DNA from: Alphaproteobacteria bacterium
GTDB lineage: Bacteria > Pseudomonadota > Alphaproteobacteria > Micavibrionales > Micavibrionaceae
Assembly: GCA_030636745.1 (NCBI GenBank)
Contig: DAOVWH010000001.1
Span: 1 to 43,266 of the forward strand
Length of the DNA: 43,266 bases
Direction of reading: 5' to 3'
Shown: positions 19,376-28,760 of the stretch, piece after piece
Layout of the letters: the number at the start of each line of letters is the position of its first letter
Numbering within the stretch: the stretch's first letter is position 1
Translations under genes and position numbers: made by a program
Notes under the pieces: generated by a model
The model's input: the letters and a program-made list of their open reading frames with translations, nothing else
Database searches by the model: none
What the model was told of the DNA's origin: nothing

Positions 19376-20244
19376 GAGAAAAATATCTGTGTTAGAAGAT
19401 AGTTAAATATCAATATTAAAATTGAAGAAGACACAACGGCATTCGTAGTTGCTGCGCCCACGCCTTGCGCCCCACGCGCTGAGTTAAATCCGTGATAACA
19501 ACCCATAATCGAGACTAAAAAGCCAAACACAGCCGCTTTCCACAAACCTGACACAATGTCCGTCCGGGTAACAATATCCCATGTCTGCGTAAGGTAATTG
19601 CCCGGTGCAAATCCTAGAGAATTGATAGACACGATGTATCCACCATATACTCCGATGATATCACCAATCAGAACCAAAATCGGGAGCGTAAAAGTTGCAG
19701 CAATAACACGCGGAGCTATTAGATATTTAAAAGGATTTACCGATAATGTGCGCAACGCATCAATTTGTTCAGTTACTCGCATTGTTCCTATCTCCGCAGC
19801 AATAGCAGCCCCTACGCGTCCTGCCACCATCAAACCGGCTAACACAGGAGAAAGCTCACGCGTAATGGACAGAACGACAACTCCGGCAATTGCACTTTCC
19901 GCATTAAAACGCGTAAAACCTGTATAGCTTTGCAAAGCCAAAACCATCCCTGTAAATAACGCTGTCATTCCAACCACTGGCAGAGAATAATAACCAATAT
20001 CTGTTAGCTGGCGTATAAGTTGTGAGGGATAAAATGGCGGTGTAAAGCAATGAAGAATACTGTGTGAAATAAATCTGACTAGCCGTCCAACCGCAGCAAA
20101 AAAATTCAGGAAGGTTGCTCCGATTTTTGCACAAAAATCGAGCGGTACCTTAGCAAAAATACACACGACTCCTTTGCAAAAAGGTGAAAGCTTATTTAGA
20201 TTTGTTGATTTTTGTCCTTGCATTTTAACTGTCTGTGACGTCAT
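19372..20244 (-). CDS. mlaE: ABC transporter permease, MlaE-like
   Basis: The polytopic protein carries the MlaE-type segments ITRELSPVLAGLMVAGRVGAAIAAEIGTMRVTEQIDAL and GAQGVGAATTNAVV. An alternative start at Met8 is possible. Confidence 0.85.
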   Translation of the reverse strand: MTSQTVKMQGQKSTNLNKLSPFCKGVVCIFAKVPLDFCAKIGATFLNFFAAVGRLVRFISHSILHCFTPPFYPSQLIRQLTDIGYYSLPVVGMTALFTGMVLALQSYTGFTRFNAESAIAGVVVLSITRELSPVLAGLMVAGRVGAAIAAEIGTMRVTEQIDALRTLSVNPFKYLIAPRVIAATFTLPILVLIGDIIGVYGGYIVSINSLGFAPGNYLTQTWDIVTRTDIVSGLWKAAVFGFLVSIMGCYHGFNSARGAQGVGAATTNAVVSSSILILIFNYLLTQIFFS

Positions 20245-20399
20245 TGCTTTTTGCTTTTATCTCATTCATACAAGCTTATTTACCAAAAGCTCGAAAATTT
20301 TCCAAGAGGGTTAAGTAGTAGAGAAATTAAAGTACGCCGTCTATACTGAATATAAAGAATCACAGCCCTCTTACACGAAAAAACGAAGTTTAAAAAAAT

Positions 20400-21065
20400 A
20401 TGGCAAAAGCAATCTACTCTCATGACCTGTTATGTATGAATAACATGGCAGAAGAATATAATTACCGCGTTGATTTGGCTTATGCTCGTGAAGATAATTT
20501 ATTATTTGGCGAAAGAATATATAAAGAAAATGCTAGGCTTTGGCTTTATAAGGACCTAGCTAAAGTCGTCTGGCTTGCTGCTAAAAATTGTTATTCGAAA
20601 CATAATTTGCGCTTTATTCTATATGATGGTTTGCGTCCAGTCGATGCACAAAAAGCTATGATGCATACACGCCGCGCAAAAGAAAATCCTCATTGGATGG
20701 AAGAACCACTACTTTTATCTATGCCGGGAAATGGTGGACATCCTCGTGGCATGGCAATTGATATCGGTTTGGAAGATGAAAATGACCAACTTATTGACAT
20801 GGGCTGCCCCTTTGATTTTATGACAGAGAATTCTTATCCGGAATATAATCAGGCGCACCGCGCATATAATGCTCATTCTCCAACTGTTTATCAAAATCAG
20901 AATATTCTTAATGATGCCATGAGTAATGCCGCTAAAATTCTGAAAATAGGGATTACACCATTGGCTGAAGAATGGTGGGATTTTCGTCTGGACAAACATT
21001 TCTACGAACAATTCAAACCATTGTCGGAAGCCGATTTGCCTGATGAAATAAAATCTATGTCGTAA
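20400..21065 (+). CDS. ddpX: D-alanyl-D-alanine dipeptidase (M15D, VanX/DdpX-like)
   Basis: Contains LYDGLRPVDAQ, the metal-ligand region GGHPRGMAIDIGL and WWDF near the C-terminus. The 221-aa length is typical of DdpX and VanX. Confidence 0.75.
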   Translation: MAKAIYSHDLLCMNNMAEEYNYRVDLAYAREDNLLFGERIYKENARLWLYKDLAKVVWLAAKNCYSKHNLRFILYDGLRPVDAQKAMMHTRRAKENPHWMEEPLLLSMPGNGGHPRGMAIDIGLEDENDQLIDMGCPFDFMTENSYPEYNQAHRAYNAHSPTVYQNQNILNDAMSNAAKILKIGITPLAEEWWDFRLDKHFYEQFKPLSEADLPDEIKSMS

Positions 21066-21071
21066 TTATGT

Positions 21072-22178
21072 TTACTTCTCTTTATACACCCTCTTATACC
21101 GTCCACCCAGCGATGTTAGAATTTCATAGGATATTGTGCCGGTTGCTTTGGCCAGATCATCAATGGATTGGTGAGGGCCAATAATTTCAAGTTTATCACC
21201 GCGCACAGGATATTCATTTTCTGGAACATTGACTAAATCACATACAACCAGATCCATGGAAATCCGCCCACGAATGGGCAAAGCATAGCCCTTCCAGTAA
21301 AATGAGCCCGAATTGGATAGAGTTCGCATTAAACCGTCAGCATAACCTACGCTAATAATCGCTAGATGCGTATCTTCTTCAAAATGATAAGTCGCATTAT
21401 AACCAGTCCCTTCCCCTTTATAAGCCTGCTTAATTTGCAGTACAGGCGCATTCAGAGATATACACGGCTCCATCGGATTATCTTTCATGGAATCGCTTGG
21501 ATGGCCTCCATATAAAGATACACCCAGACGCACCAGATCAAAATGATAGTCTTTTCCTAAAAATAAACCGCCGGAATCGGAAAGAGAAAAACGTGCTTTT
21601 GGACAAAGCTGTTTCATACGTTTGGCAATTTTACTAAACTGCGCAAGCTGTTTCATATTTTCCAGATTATCCACTTCTTCGGAAGAAACAAAATGGGAGA
21701 TAACAAGGCAAACCTCCAGATTTCTAAGTATTGAGGTATCTTCACACATAAGTCGCGCATCATCCGTTCTTAATCCAAAACGGTTCATTCCGGTATCAAA
21801 ATGCAAAGCGACAGGTATTGTTTTGCTTTCTGACAGCTGAGCAATTTCATCTAAAGACCCAAGAACAGGGATTATGTTGTGATTTCGATATAAATCGATG
21901 TCGCCATTATCCGGGCTTAGGCCATTAAGCGTGTATATTGACGTATCTTCAGGAAGATCTTTGCGTAAGGCAAGGCCTTCTTCTATTGTTGCTACAAAAA
22001 AGCTGCGCGCCCCTGCTTTATACAAAGCCGATGCACATTGCTTAACACCAAGTCCATAGGCATTAGCTTTGATTGAGCAAGCCGTCTCACATGTTGATAC
22101 GCTTAAACTATCCAGAGTCTTATAATTGCGCGCTAATGCACTTAAATCAATTGTAATTTCACCGCTCATTGCACACAT
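21072..22178 (-). CDS. alr: Alanine racemase
   Basis: The PLP-lysine motif is SIKANAYGLG. Also present are DTGMNRFG, LYGG and VGYADG. AGGGG lies 6 nt upstream of the ATG. Confidence 0.92.
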   Translation of the reverse strand: MCAMSGEITIDLSALARNYKTLDSLSVSTCETACSIKANAYGLGVKQCASALYKAGARSFFVATIEEGLALRKDLPEDTSIYTLNGLSPDNGDIDLYRNHNIIPVLGSLDEIAQLSESKTIPVALHFDTGMNRFGLRTDDARLMCEDTSILRNLEVCLVISHFVSSEEVDNLENMKQLAQFSKIAKRMKQLCPKARFSLSDSGGLFLGKDYHFDLVRLGVSLYGGHPSDSMKDNPMEPCISLNAPVLQIKQAYKGEGTGYNATYHFEEDTHLAIISVGYADGLMRTLSNSGSFYWKGYALPIRGRISMDLVVCDLVNVPENEYPVRGDKLEIIGPHQSIDDLAKATGTISYEILTSLGGRYKRVYKEK

Positions 22179-22210
22179 ACTTGCCCCTGCGCTCCTTTAA
22201 TAGACTGCAT

Positions 22211-23707
22211 CTAATAGCCTGCATCATGTATTTCATCTAGATCACTAAAGCGAGTATATTTCCCGGTGAATTGCATCCGTACATTTCCAATCGGACCATG
22301 ACGCGCTTTAGCAATAATACACTCACCAATATTCATAGCGCGTTCGCATTTTTCCTGCCATTTCATATGCTTATCCGTACCAATCTCAGGCTCGGAACGG
22401 TGAAGGTAATATTCCTCACGGTAGACAAACATCACCACGTCCGCATCTTGCTCGATTGATCCAGATTCACGAAGGTCAGAAAGCATCGGGCGTTTATCTT
22501 CGCGTTGCTCGACCGCACGAGAAAGCTGAGATAAGGCCAGAACAGGAATACCCAGCTCCTTAGCAATAGCTTTTAGCCCACGGGTAATCTCGGAAACCTC
22601 TTGCACACGGTTAAATTCGCTCTGTCTGGAGCCGGTTCCTCGCAGAAGCTGAAGATAGTCAACTACCAGCATATCAAGCCCATGCTGGCGTTTAAGCCTG
22701 CGCGCACGTGTACGCACAGCTCCGATACTTAAAGCCGGTGTGTCATCAATATATAGTGGAATTTGTGATAGCTCATGGCTTGCTTTAACAAAATTCTGGA
22801 AATCCTGCTGTTTAATATCTCCCTGCTTAATCGCATGAGAAGATATACTAGCCACATCAGCCAAAATCCTTGTAGCAAGCTGGTCGGCTGCCATCTCCAA
22901 AGAAAAGAACCCTACGCGTGCACCTTCTTTGCCTCCGGTTTGAGCGTAAATTCGAGCAGAGTTAAAAGCCATATTAGTAGCCAGCGCTGTCTTACCCATG
23001 GACGGGCGGCCAGCCAAAATCAAAAGATCTGATGGATGGAACCCTCCGAGCTGCTTATCCATATCGCGCAAGCCAGTAGTAAAGCCTGTGACATGGCCTT
23101 TTGCTTTAAAGGCTTTCTCGGCAATTTCAATAGAGACTAGCACTGAGTCACGCAAAGAGGTAAATCCTCCAGAAGATTCACCGTTCTCAGCCAGTGAAAA
23201 AAGCCGCGATTCGGCTTCCTCAATCGTATCCGTTGCATTCGATTCAAGGCGCAAAGAATGTGCATCATTGACGACGTCTTCGCCCAAGCTAATTAATTCG
23301 CGGCGCATGAATAACTCATATATAGTCTGGGCATAATCACGGACGTTAATCACGCTCACGATGCTTCCCGCTAAATCAGCCAGATAAACCCCGCCGCCAA
23401 GCTCAGCCAAATCCTCATCTTTCTCGAAATAGCCCTTGAGCGTCACTGGAGATGCGGTTTGCCCACGCTCAACAAACTGATTTATAGCGGTGTAGATTCG
23501 CTGGTGCACAGGCATAAAGAAATGCTCTGAACTTATTAAATCAGAGATTTTTTCATGGGCGCGATTGTCAACCAAAAGCGCACCGAGCAAGCCTTGCTCA
23601 GCTTCGCTATTGTGTGGAAGTGCTCGATAATGTGGATTATCGGACCCTTGTCCTGATACAAGATCAGTGTTTGCATCGGCAGATTTAAATAATACTTCAC
23701 TACTCAT
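22211..23707 (-). CDS. dnaB: Replicative DNA helicase
   Basis: Contains LPHNSEAEQGLLGALL, Walker A GRPSMGKTALA, Walker B LVVDYLQL, LSQLSR and EQDADVV. Confidence 0.97.
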   Translation of the reverse strand: MSSEVLFKSADANTDLVSGQGSDNPHYRALPHNSEAEQGLLGALLVDNRAHEKISDLISSEHFFMPVHQRIYTAINQFVERGQTASPVTLKGYFEKDEDLAELGGGVYLADLAGSIVSVINVRDYAQTIYELFMRRELISLGEDVVNDAHSLRLESNATDTIEEAESRLFSLAENGESSGGFTSLRDSVLVSIEIAEKAFKAKGHVTGFTTGLRDMDKQLGGFHPSDLLILAGRPSMGKTALATNMAFNSARIYAQTGGKEGARVGFFSLEMAADQLATRILADVASISSHAIKQGDIKQQDFQNFVKASHELSQIPLYIDDTPALSIGAVRTRARRLKRQHGLDMLVVDYLQLLRGTGSRQSEFNRVQEVSEITRGLKAIAKELGIPVLALSQLSRAVEQREDKRPMLSDLRESGSIEQDADVVMFVYREEYYLHRSEPEIGTDKHMKWQEKCERAMNIGECIIAKARHGPIGNVRMQFTGKYTRFSDLDEIHDAGY

Positions 23708-23762
23708 TGGGAGAAACTAACAGACCCGAATGCAATCTGCCAGCCCTTCATATTTTATGTGC

Positions 23763-23771
23763 TGTGGATAA
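23763..23771 (-). promoter_or_regulatory. Consensus DnaA box (TTATCCACA on the minus strand), 56 nt upstream of the dnaB start
   Basis: The plus strand reads TGTGGATAA at 23763-23771, a 9/9 match to TTATCCACA. It is a single box, with no cluster nearby. Confidence 0.35.
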
Positions 23772-23780
23772 CGGGGATAT

Positions 23781-23805
23781 AAAAAGCCCCTGCTTTTGTG
23801 CAAGG
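23781..23805 (-). terminator. Rho-independent terminator after rplI
   Basis: The minus strand reads CCTTGC-ACAAAA-GCAGGG followed by GCTTTTT. The stem includes one G:U pair that forms only on the minus strand. It lies about 35 nt downstream of the rplI stop. Confidence 0.5.
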
Positions 23806-23840
23806 ACTTAAATATGAATTATTAGTCATTAAAAGCGCAT

Positions 23841-24488
23841 TTATTCAGCTTTTTCTTCAGAAGTAGTGTCTTCAGAAGCAGCCTCCTCCTCAGAAGGGGC
23901 TTCTTTAGCAGAAGTTTTTTCTTCTGCGACTACAACTACAACTGCAACTTCTTCTTTAGCTGGTTCTTCATCACGTTCCGCTTCAACAATTAACGCACAT
24001 CCTGTTTTAGCCTGAATTTTTGCTTCTTCTTCAGAACGAGCTATGTTTACAATTACATCAACTTTCACCTCCGGATGCAACATAATTGCTGCAGGAATAA
24101 GGCCTACTGTTTTGATATTCTGGTTCAGCTGCACCATAGAGCGCGTAACAGCTTCTTTTGTTTCATCGCAAACAGCTTGCGCAATATCACGTGCAGCAAC
24201 AGAACCAAAAAGCTGGCCAGCTTCAGAAGCCTGACGGATAATAGCAACTTTAACGCCGCCAATTTTCTTAGCAAGCTTTTCTGCTTCTTTACGATTTTTG
24301 TCGTTTTGTTCTTCAATTGCTTTTTTCTGTGCTTCAAAATAAGTGATGTTTTCTTTGCTTGCACGCAAAGCTTTCTTCTGAGGCAACAGGTAGTTACGGG
24401 CATAGCCCGGTTTAACACTGACGATTTCGCCAAGTTCACCAAGCCTCTCTACGCGCTCAAGCAAAATGACTTGTGTAGATGATGACAT
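23841..24488 (-). CDS. rplI: 50S ribosomal protein L9 with acidic C-terminal extension
   Basis: Begins VILLERVERLGELGEIVSVKPGYARNYLLPQKKA. The tail is rich in Glu, Ala, Ser and Thr (EEKTSAKEAPSEEEAASEDTTSEEKAE). Confidence 0.95.
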   Translation of the reverse strand: MSSSTQVILLERVERLGELGEIVSVKPGYARNYLLPQKKALRASKENITYFEAQKKAIEEQNDKNRKEAEKLAKKIGGVKVAIIRQASEAGQLFGSVAARDIAQAVCDETKEAVTRSMVQLNQNIKTVGLIPAAIMLHPEVKVDVIVNIARSEEEAKIQAKTGCALIVEAERDEEPAKEEVAVVVVVAEEKTSAKEAPSEEEAASEDTTSEEKAE

Positions 24489-24517
24489 TATCTTTTCTCC
24501 AAATATTTACTCTCTGA

Positions 24518-24793
24518 TTACCGGCGACTTTGCGCTTGATCGGTATCATGTTGAACATAAGGCAATAATCCCATGTAACGTGCGCGTTTGATGGCTGTTG
24601 CCAATTCGCGTTGTTTTTTCTGGGATACTGCAGTGATACGGCTTGGAATAATTTTTCCACGCTCGGAAATATAACGGCCTAATAATCTAACGTTCTTCCA
24701 ATCGATTTCGGGTGCATTCGGACCTGTGAATGGACATGTTTTTTTGCGACGGAAAAACGGGCGTTTTACAGTTGGGGCATCAGCAGCAGACAT
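24518..24793 (-). CDS. rpsR: 30S ribosomal protein S18
   Basis: Contains RRKKTCPF ... [50 protein letters not shown]. Confidence 0.95.
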   Translation of the reverse strand: MSAADAPTVKRPFFRRKKTCPFTGPNAPEIDWKNVRLLGRYISERGKIIPSRITAVSQKKQRELATAIKRARYMGLLPYVQHDTDQAQSRR

Positions 24794-25164
24794 TATGCAA
24801 CCTCCTTCTTATATGTTCTAGTTGGTCTAACATCATCACGGCCACCTTTATCCATCATAATAGATGGCTTGTCAGACAAGGCTTCTTCGCGGATTGTCAG
24901 GTGACGCACAACATCCTCATGAAGACGCATTTGACGTTCCATTTCATGCAAAGCTGATGCAGTGGCATCAAGCTCTAGCAATACATAATGGCCTTTACGG
25001 GCTTTGTTGATACGATATGCAAATGATTTCAAGCCCCAAAACTCAGTTTTGTGAACTTTTCCTTCTTGCTCTGTGATGATTTTTACGAAGCCCTCTGTCA
25101 TTGTTTTGACTTGAGCTTCCGTAAGGTCTTGCCGTGCAATAAACACGGTTTCATAATAAGGCAT
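24793..25164 (-). CDS. rpsF: 30S ribosomal protein S6
   Basis: [14 protein letters not shown] begins at the ATG at 25164, with CCAGGAGGAA 6 nt upstream. The longer 204-aa ORF is an artefactual upstream extension. The stop overlaps the rpsR start by 1 nt (TAATG). Confidence 0.95.
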   Translation of the reverse strand: MPYYETVFIARQDLTEAQVKTMTEGFVKIITEQEGKVHKTEFWGLKSFAYRINKARKGHYVLLELDATASALHEMERQMRLHEDVVRHLTIREEALSDKPSIMMDKGGRDDVRPTRTYKKEVA

Positions 25165-25315
25165 GTTCGTTTCCTCCTGGGTTAATACCTCCCCTTTATT
25201 GGGGAATGGTTTAAGCCGACAAAGCCTTTTTCGTCGGCGAGGGTTTACTAAAGTTGGAAAACTATAGTGATTTTCCCGTCTAAAGCAAGTTTTATTTGTA
25301 ATTTGGGTAAGGCTA

Positions 25316-25343
25316 TTGACAAAATAGCGGGATATCTTAATGT
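25316..25343 (+). promoter_or_regulatory. Candidate sigma70 promoter for fabD (TTGACA-N16-TAATGT)
   Basis: TTGACA lies at 25316-25321 and TAATGT at 25338-25343, about 60 nt upstream of the fabD ATG. Confidence 0.35.
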
Positions 25344-25405
25344 TCTTCCTTACGAATTCTGGCGTATATACGAACACAAATATCAACAAAAAGGAAAATA
25401 GAAAC

Positions 25406-26353
25406 ATGGCTGTTGCTTTTGTTTTTCCGGGACAAGGATCACAATTTATCGGTATGGGAAAAGATCTGGCAGAAAGCTATACAGAAGCCAAAGAAACCTT
25501 TCAGGAAGTCGATAGCACACTATCACAAAATTTAAGCGGCATGATGTTTGATGGTGAAGCTTCGGATTTGAATATGACCGAAAACACACAGCCTGCTTTA
25601 ATGGCTGTATCAATGGCCGTTATTAATGTTTTGAAGAAACAATCCGGTCTTGATTTGGCAAAAAAATGTAAATTTGTAGCCGGACATTCTTTAGGCGAAT
25701 ATTCGGCTTTATGCGCTACAGAAGTAAGTTCTCTGGCAGATACGGCCCGGTTATTAAGATTACGCGGGTCTTCTATGCAAGCGGCTGTTCCTGTCGGCGT
25801 TGGGGCTATGGCCGCTATTTTAGGATTGGACTTTGATGTCATGGTTAAGATTGTCGAAGCCGCAGCACAAGATCAAGTCTGTACAGCGGCGAATGACAAT
25901 TCTGATGGGCAGGTTGTTATTAGTGGACATAAAGAAGCTATAGAACGCGCTATTGCTTTAGCGAGCGAACAAGGTGCACGCAAAGCCATAACTTTACCGG
26001 TAAGCGCGCCTTTTCATTGTGAGCTTATGGCGCCGGCAGCAAATAAGATGGCTGCGGCTTTAGCTGAAACAGTGTTTAGCGCACCGCTCGTTCCGGTGGT
26101 TGTTAATGTAACGGCTGATGCACAAAGTGATCCTGAAACATTGAAGTCTCTATTGATTGACCAAATTACGGGGGCTGTGCGCTGGCGTGAATCTGTCCTT
26201 TATATGCGTAATGAAGGTATTACTGACATGATTGAAATCGGAGCCGGGAAAGTTCTGTGCGGTCTGGCACGTCGGATTGATCGTTCAATTGCTACGCAAA
26301 ATGTGGGGACACCTGCGGATATTGACGTTCTGATAGAGAAATTAGGTTTGTAG
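25406..26353 (+). CDS. fabD: Malonyl CoA-acyl carrier protein transacylase
   Basis: MAVAFVFPGQGSQFIGMG begins at the ATG at 25406 (AAGGAAAA upstream). The active-site motif GHSLGEYSAL and VSAPFHC are present. Confidence 0.95.
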   Translation: MAVAFVFPGQGSQFIGMGKDLAESYTEAKETFQEVDSTLSQNLSGMMFDGEASDLNMTENTQPALMAVSMAVINVLKKQSGLDLAKKCKFVAGHSLGEYSALCATEVSSLADTARLLRLRGSSMQAAVPVGVGAMAAILGLDFDVMVKIVEAAAQDQVCTAANDNSDGQVVISGHKEAIERAIALASEQGARKAITLPVSAPFHCELMAPAANKMAAALAETVFSAPLVPVVVNVTADAQSDPETLKSLLIDQITGAVRWRESVLYMRNEGITDMIEIGAGKVLCGLARRIDRSIATQNVGTPADIDVLIEKLGL

Positions 26354-26930
26354 TCTCTGTCTTCTCTGCTGGGGTTAATTGTGTGCCATACATAGGTGGG
26401 TTATAATCATTATCTGCTGCATTTACAGGGGTCCATAAGCGTTTTTCTGCAACTTCGATGTTGTCGGCAACATGCATAAGAGCCTCTGATATCTCTGAAT
26501 TATGCAAAAATTCGCTGTGGGTCATTGCCGCTTCACGAATAACATCAGTTAGCCTTGGCAAATAGAAAAAGTCCATGTCAACCATGCACATGCCATTTGC
26601 ATCCACTCCCTCCTCTGCCTGTTCTTTGATACTTTGCAGAATATTTAGAAGCTCTGTGCGCCGCTCGCGTGTGCTTCCATCTTTTGTTGTATGAGAAGTT
26701 TGCGCCTCAAGGCACATCTTACGCAATTCTTCAAGCATATCAGGAACACTAAATTTCTGCTTATTGGAATAAATGGCCTCACCTTCCATTATCTCCCGGA
26801 CAGGCGTTAATATTCCCTGAAATGTTTTGTCTTCAATCATAATAGATGGTCTTTCTAACAGACATTCCTGTTGTTCGACTTTCATAGCCGCACATCTAAA
26901 TTCTTGTCTTAATTGCAGTAGTGAATCCAT
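26292..26930 (-). CDS. Orphan hypothetical protein (212 aa) inserted between fabD and fabG
   Basis: The ORF is long, acidic and non-repetitive, and it is the only ORF filling the 765-bp fabD-fabG gap. I recognise no motif. Its last about 20 codons overlap the fabD 3' end (26292-26353) in convergent orientation. Confidence 0.45.
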   Translation of the reverse strand: MDSLLQLRQEFRCAAMKVEQQECLLERPSIMIEDKTFQGILTPVREIMEGEAIYSNKQKFSVPDMLEELRKMCLEAQTSHTTKDGSTRERRTELLNILQSIKEQAEEGVDANGMCMVDMDFFYLPRLTDVIREAAMTHSEFLHNSEISEALMHVADNIEVAEKRLWTPVNAADNDYNPPMYGTQLTPAEKTETTNLISLSERQYPQVSPHFA

Positions 26931-27118
26931 TTCTTAATTGCTGTTTTTTAACCACTCCACATAAAATCTGTTTTATGCTTTTTGATGTAAACAACCCTTC
27001 CCTAGTTACTCACGCTCTCCATGTTATTATGAGCGCCCCACTCTTTTTCTTCCTCTTTACAAGCTCTTTTCTACATGCTTAAACCATATAATAAATGTTT
27101 AAAGAAAAGGTTAAAATC

Positions 27119-27856
27119 ATGTTTAAATTTGAAGGTAAGTGCGCTCTTGTAACTGGTGCAACAGGCGGGATTGGTGGAGATATTGCCCGCGCTTTGCATA
27201 GACAAGGAGCTGTTATTGCCCTATCGGGAAGAAATGAGGAGAAATTAGAGGCCTTAGCCAAAGAATTAGGTGATAATGTACATATCTTACCAGCTGATTT
27301 ATCGAGTGAAGAAGGAATTAAAGATCTAGTTAAACGCGCCGATAATGCTATGGGCCAGATTGACATTCTTGTAAATAATGCAGGACTAACACGTGATGGC
27401 CTTTCTATGCGGATGAGCGCGGCAGACTGGCAGACTGTATTAGATGTTAATATGACGGCAACTTTTAAGCTTGCACAAGCAGTGCAACGCGGAATGATGA
27501 AACGCCGTTTTGGCCGGATTATTAATATTGCATCAATTGTCGGAGTTACAGGCAATCCGGGACAATGTAACTATGTAGCTTCCAAGGCAGGAATGATCGG
27601 ATGGAGTAAAGCGATGGCTGCTGAAGTTGCTTCTCGCGGGATTACTGTTAACTGCATTGCCCCCGGTTTTATCGATACAGCGATGACAGAAGCATTAACC
27701 GATGACCAAAAAGCTAAGATTAATGCTACTATTCCGGCAAGAAAAATGGGCTCCGGCGAAGATATTGCCGCAGCAGCTGTCTTTTTGGCTAGTGAAGAAG
27801 CCGCTTATATTACTGGACAAACAATACATGTTAATGGCGGCATGGCTATGATTTAA
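27119..27856 (+). CDS. fabG: 3-oxoacyl-[acyl-carrier-protein] reductase
   Basis: Contains MFKFEGKCALVTGATGGIG, NNAG, YVASKAG and the C-terminal QTIHVNGGMAMI. I prefer the ATG at 27119 (AAAGAAAAGG 9 nt upstream) over the one at 27095. Confidence 0.93.
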   Translation: MFKFEGKCALVTGATGGIGGDIARALHRQGAVIALSGRNEEKLEALAKELGDNVHILPADLSSEEGIKDLVKRADNAMGQIDILVNNAGLTRDGLSMRMSAADWQTVLDVNMTATFKLAQAVQRGMMKRRFGRIINIASIVGVTGNPGQCNYVASKAGMIGWSKAMAAEVASRGITVNCIAPGFIDTAMTEALTDDQKAKINATIPARKMGSGEDIAAAAVFLASEEAAYITGQTIHVNGGMAMI

Positions 27857-27893
27857 TACTTATCAGTATTTCATCCTATTTGGGAGGGGTTTT

Positions 27894-28613
27894 GTGACAA
27901 CATGCCATAAACTAAGTCTTGATGTGCAAGCCCCTTCTGCGCGCAATCGTTTTGATTTGATCTTATTTGATTGTGATGGGACATTGGTCGATAGTGAATA
28001 TCTCAATATTCTAGCTGTGTCTCAAGTCTTGCAGGATTATGGATTTGGGCAGTATACACAAGAACGGATCATTAAAGAATTCACGGGCTGGCGCTTTTCA
28101 GCTATGGTTAAGAAAATCAGAAAAGATACAGATTATGATCTTCCTGAGAATATTACTTGGGAATTTGTTGAACGTGTACGACTATTAGCTCCTGAACATA
28201 TGAGAAAAATCGATGGCGTTATAGAGATGGTTCGCTCTGCACAAAGCTTTGCAAAGACTTACATTGTTTCAAATGGGCAACGAGACAATGTCTTGGCTTC
28301 GCTCGAATTTTCTGATCTTATCCCTCTATTTTCCAAAGATCGCATAATTAATGGAACAATGGCACCACATCCAAAGCCAGCACCTGATTTATTCTTGTTA
28401 GCAGCAAGAAAAGCAGGAATAAGCGCAGGGAAAACCTTGGTTATTGAAGATAGTCTAACAGGCGTTATGAGTGGCTTAGCTGCAAAAATGACTGTATGGG
28501 GCTTTTGTGGAACACACCATTCCCCCAAAATACAAGAAAAACGGCTTTTGGAATTAGGTGCTGAGAAAGCCTTTCATAATATGAAAGATTTATCTAATGC
28601 ACTGAGCTACTAG
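27894..28613 (+). CDS. HAD-IA family hydrolase (phosphatase / beta-phosphoglucomutase-like)
   Basis: HAD motif I is LILFDCDGTLVDSE, motif II is VSNG and motifs III/IV are KPAPDLF ... VIEDSLTG. The GTG start is preceded by GGGAGGGG. Confidence 0.85.
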   Translation: MTTCHKLSLDVQAPSARNRFDLILFDCDGTLVDSEYLNILAVSQVLQDYGFGQYTQERIIKEFTGWRFSAMVKKIRKDTDYDLPENITWEFVERVRLLAPEHMRKIDGVIEMVRSAQSFAKTYIVSNGQRDNVLASLEFSDLIPLFSKDRIINGTMAPHPKPAPDLFLLAARKAGISAGKTLVIEDSLTGVMSGLAAKMTVWGFCGTHHSPKIQEKRLLELGAEKAFHNMKDLSNALSY

Positions 28614-28760
28614 GTGTTTAGTCACGTGTTGCAGTAGTTTCTTTTGCTTAATCTTTTTGTTTGTGTCACTTTAACAAAGTTTGGTAGAAACACACGCTGT
28701 TTTGCATTTTTGATCTTGATTTTATATGTGCGGGTGCAGCATTTTTGCTATTGGAATCAT

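Noticed and set aside
23841-24000. Acidic low-complexity C-terminal tail of L9 as a possible fusion or novel domain
   Set aside because: Extended Glu/Ala-rich L9 tails are common in alphaproteobacteria. There is no separate ORF or frame change.
24793-25407. 204-aa version of rpsF and the 25340 start of fabD
   Set aside because: Both are upstream extensions of the ORF through the shared divergent promoter region. Conserved N-termini ([21 protein letters not shown]) with good Shine-Dalgarno sequences define the real starts at 25164 and 25406.
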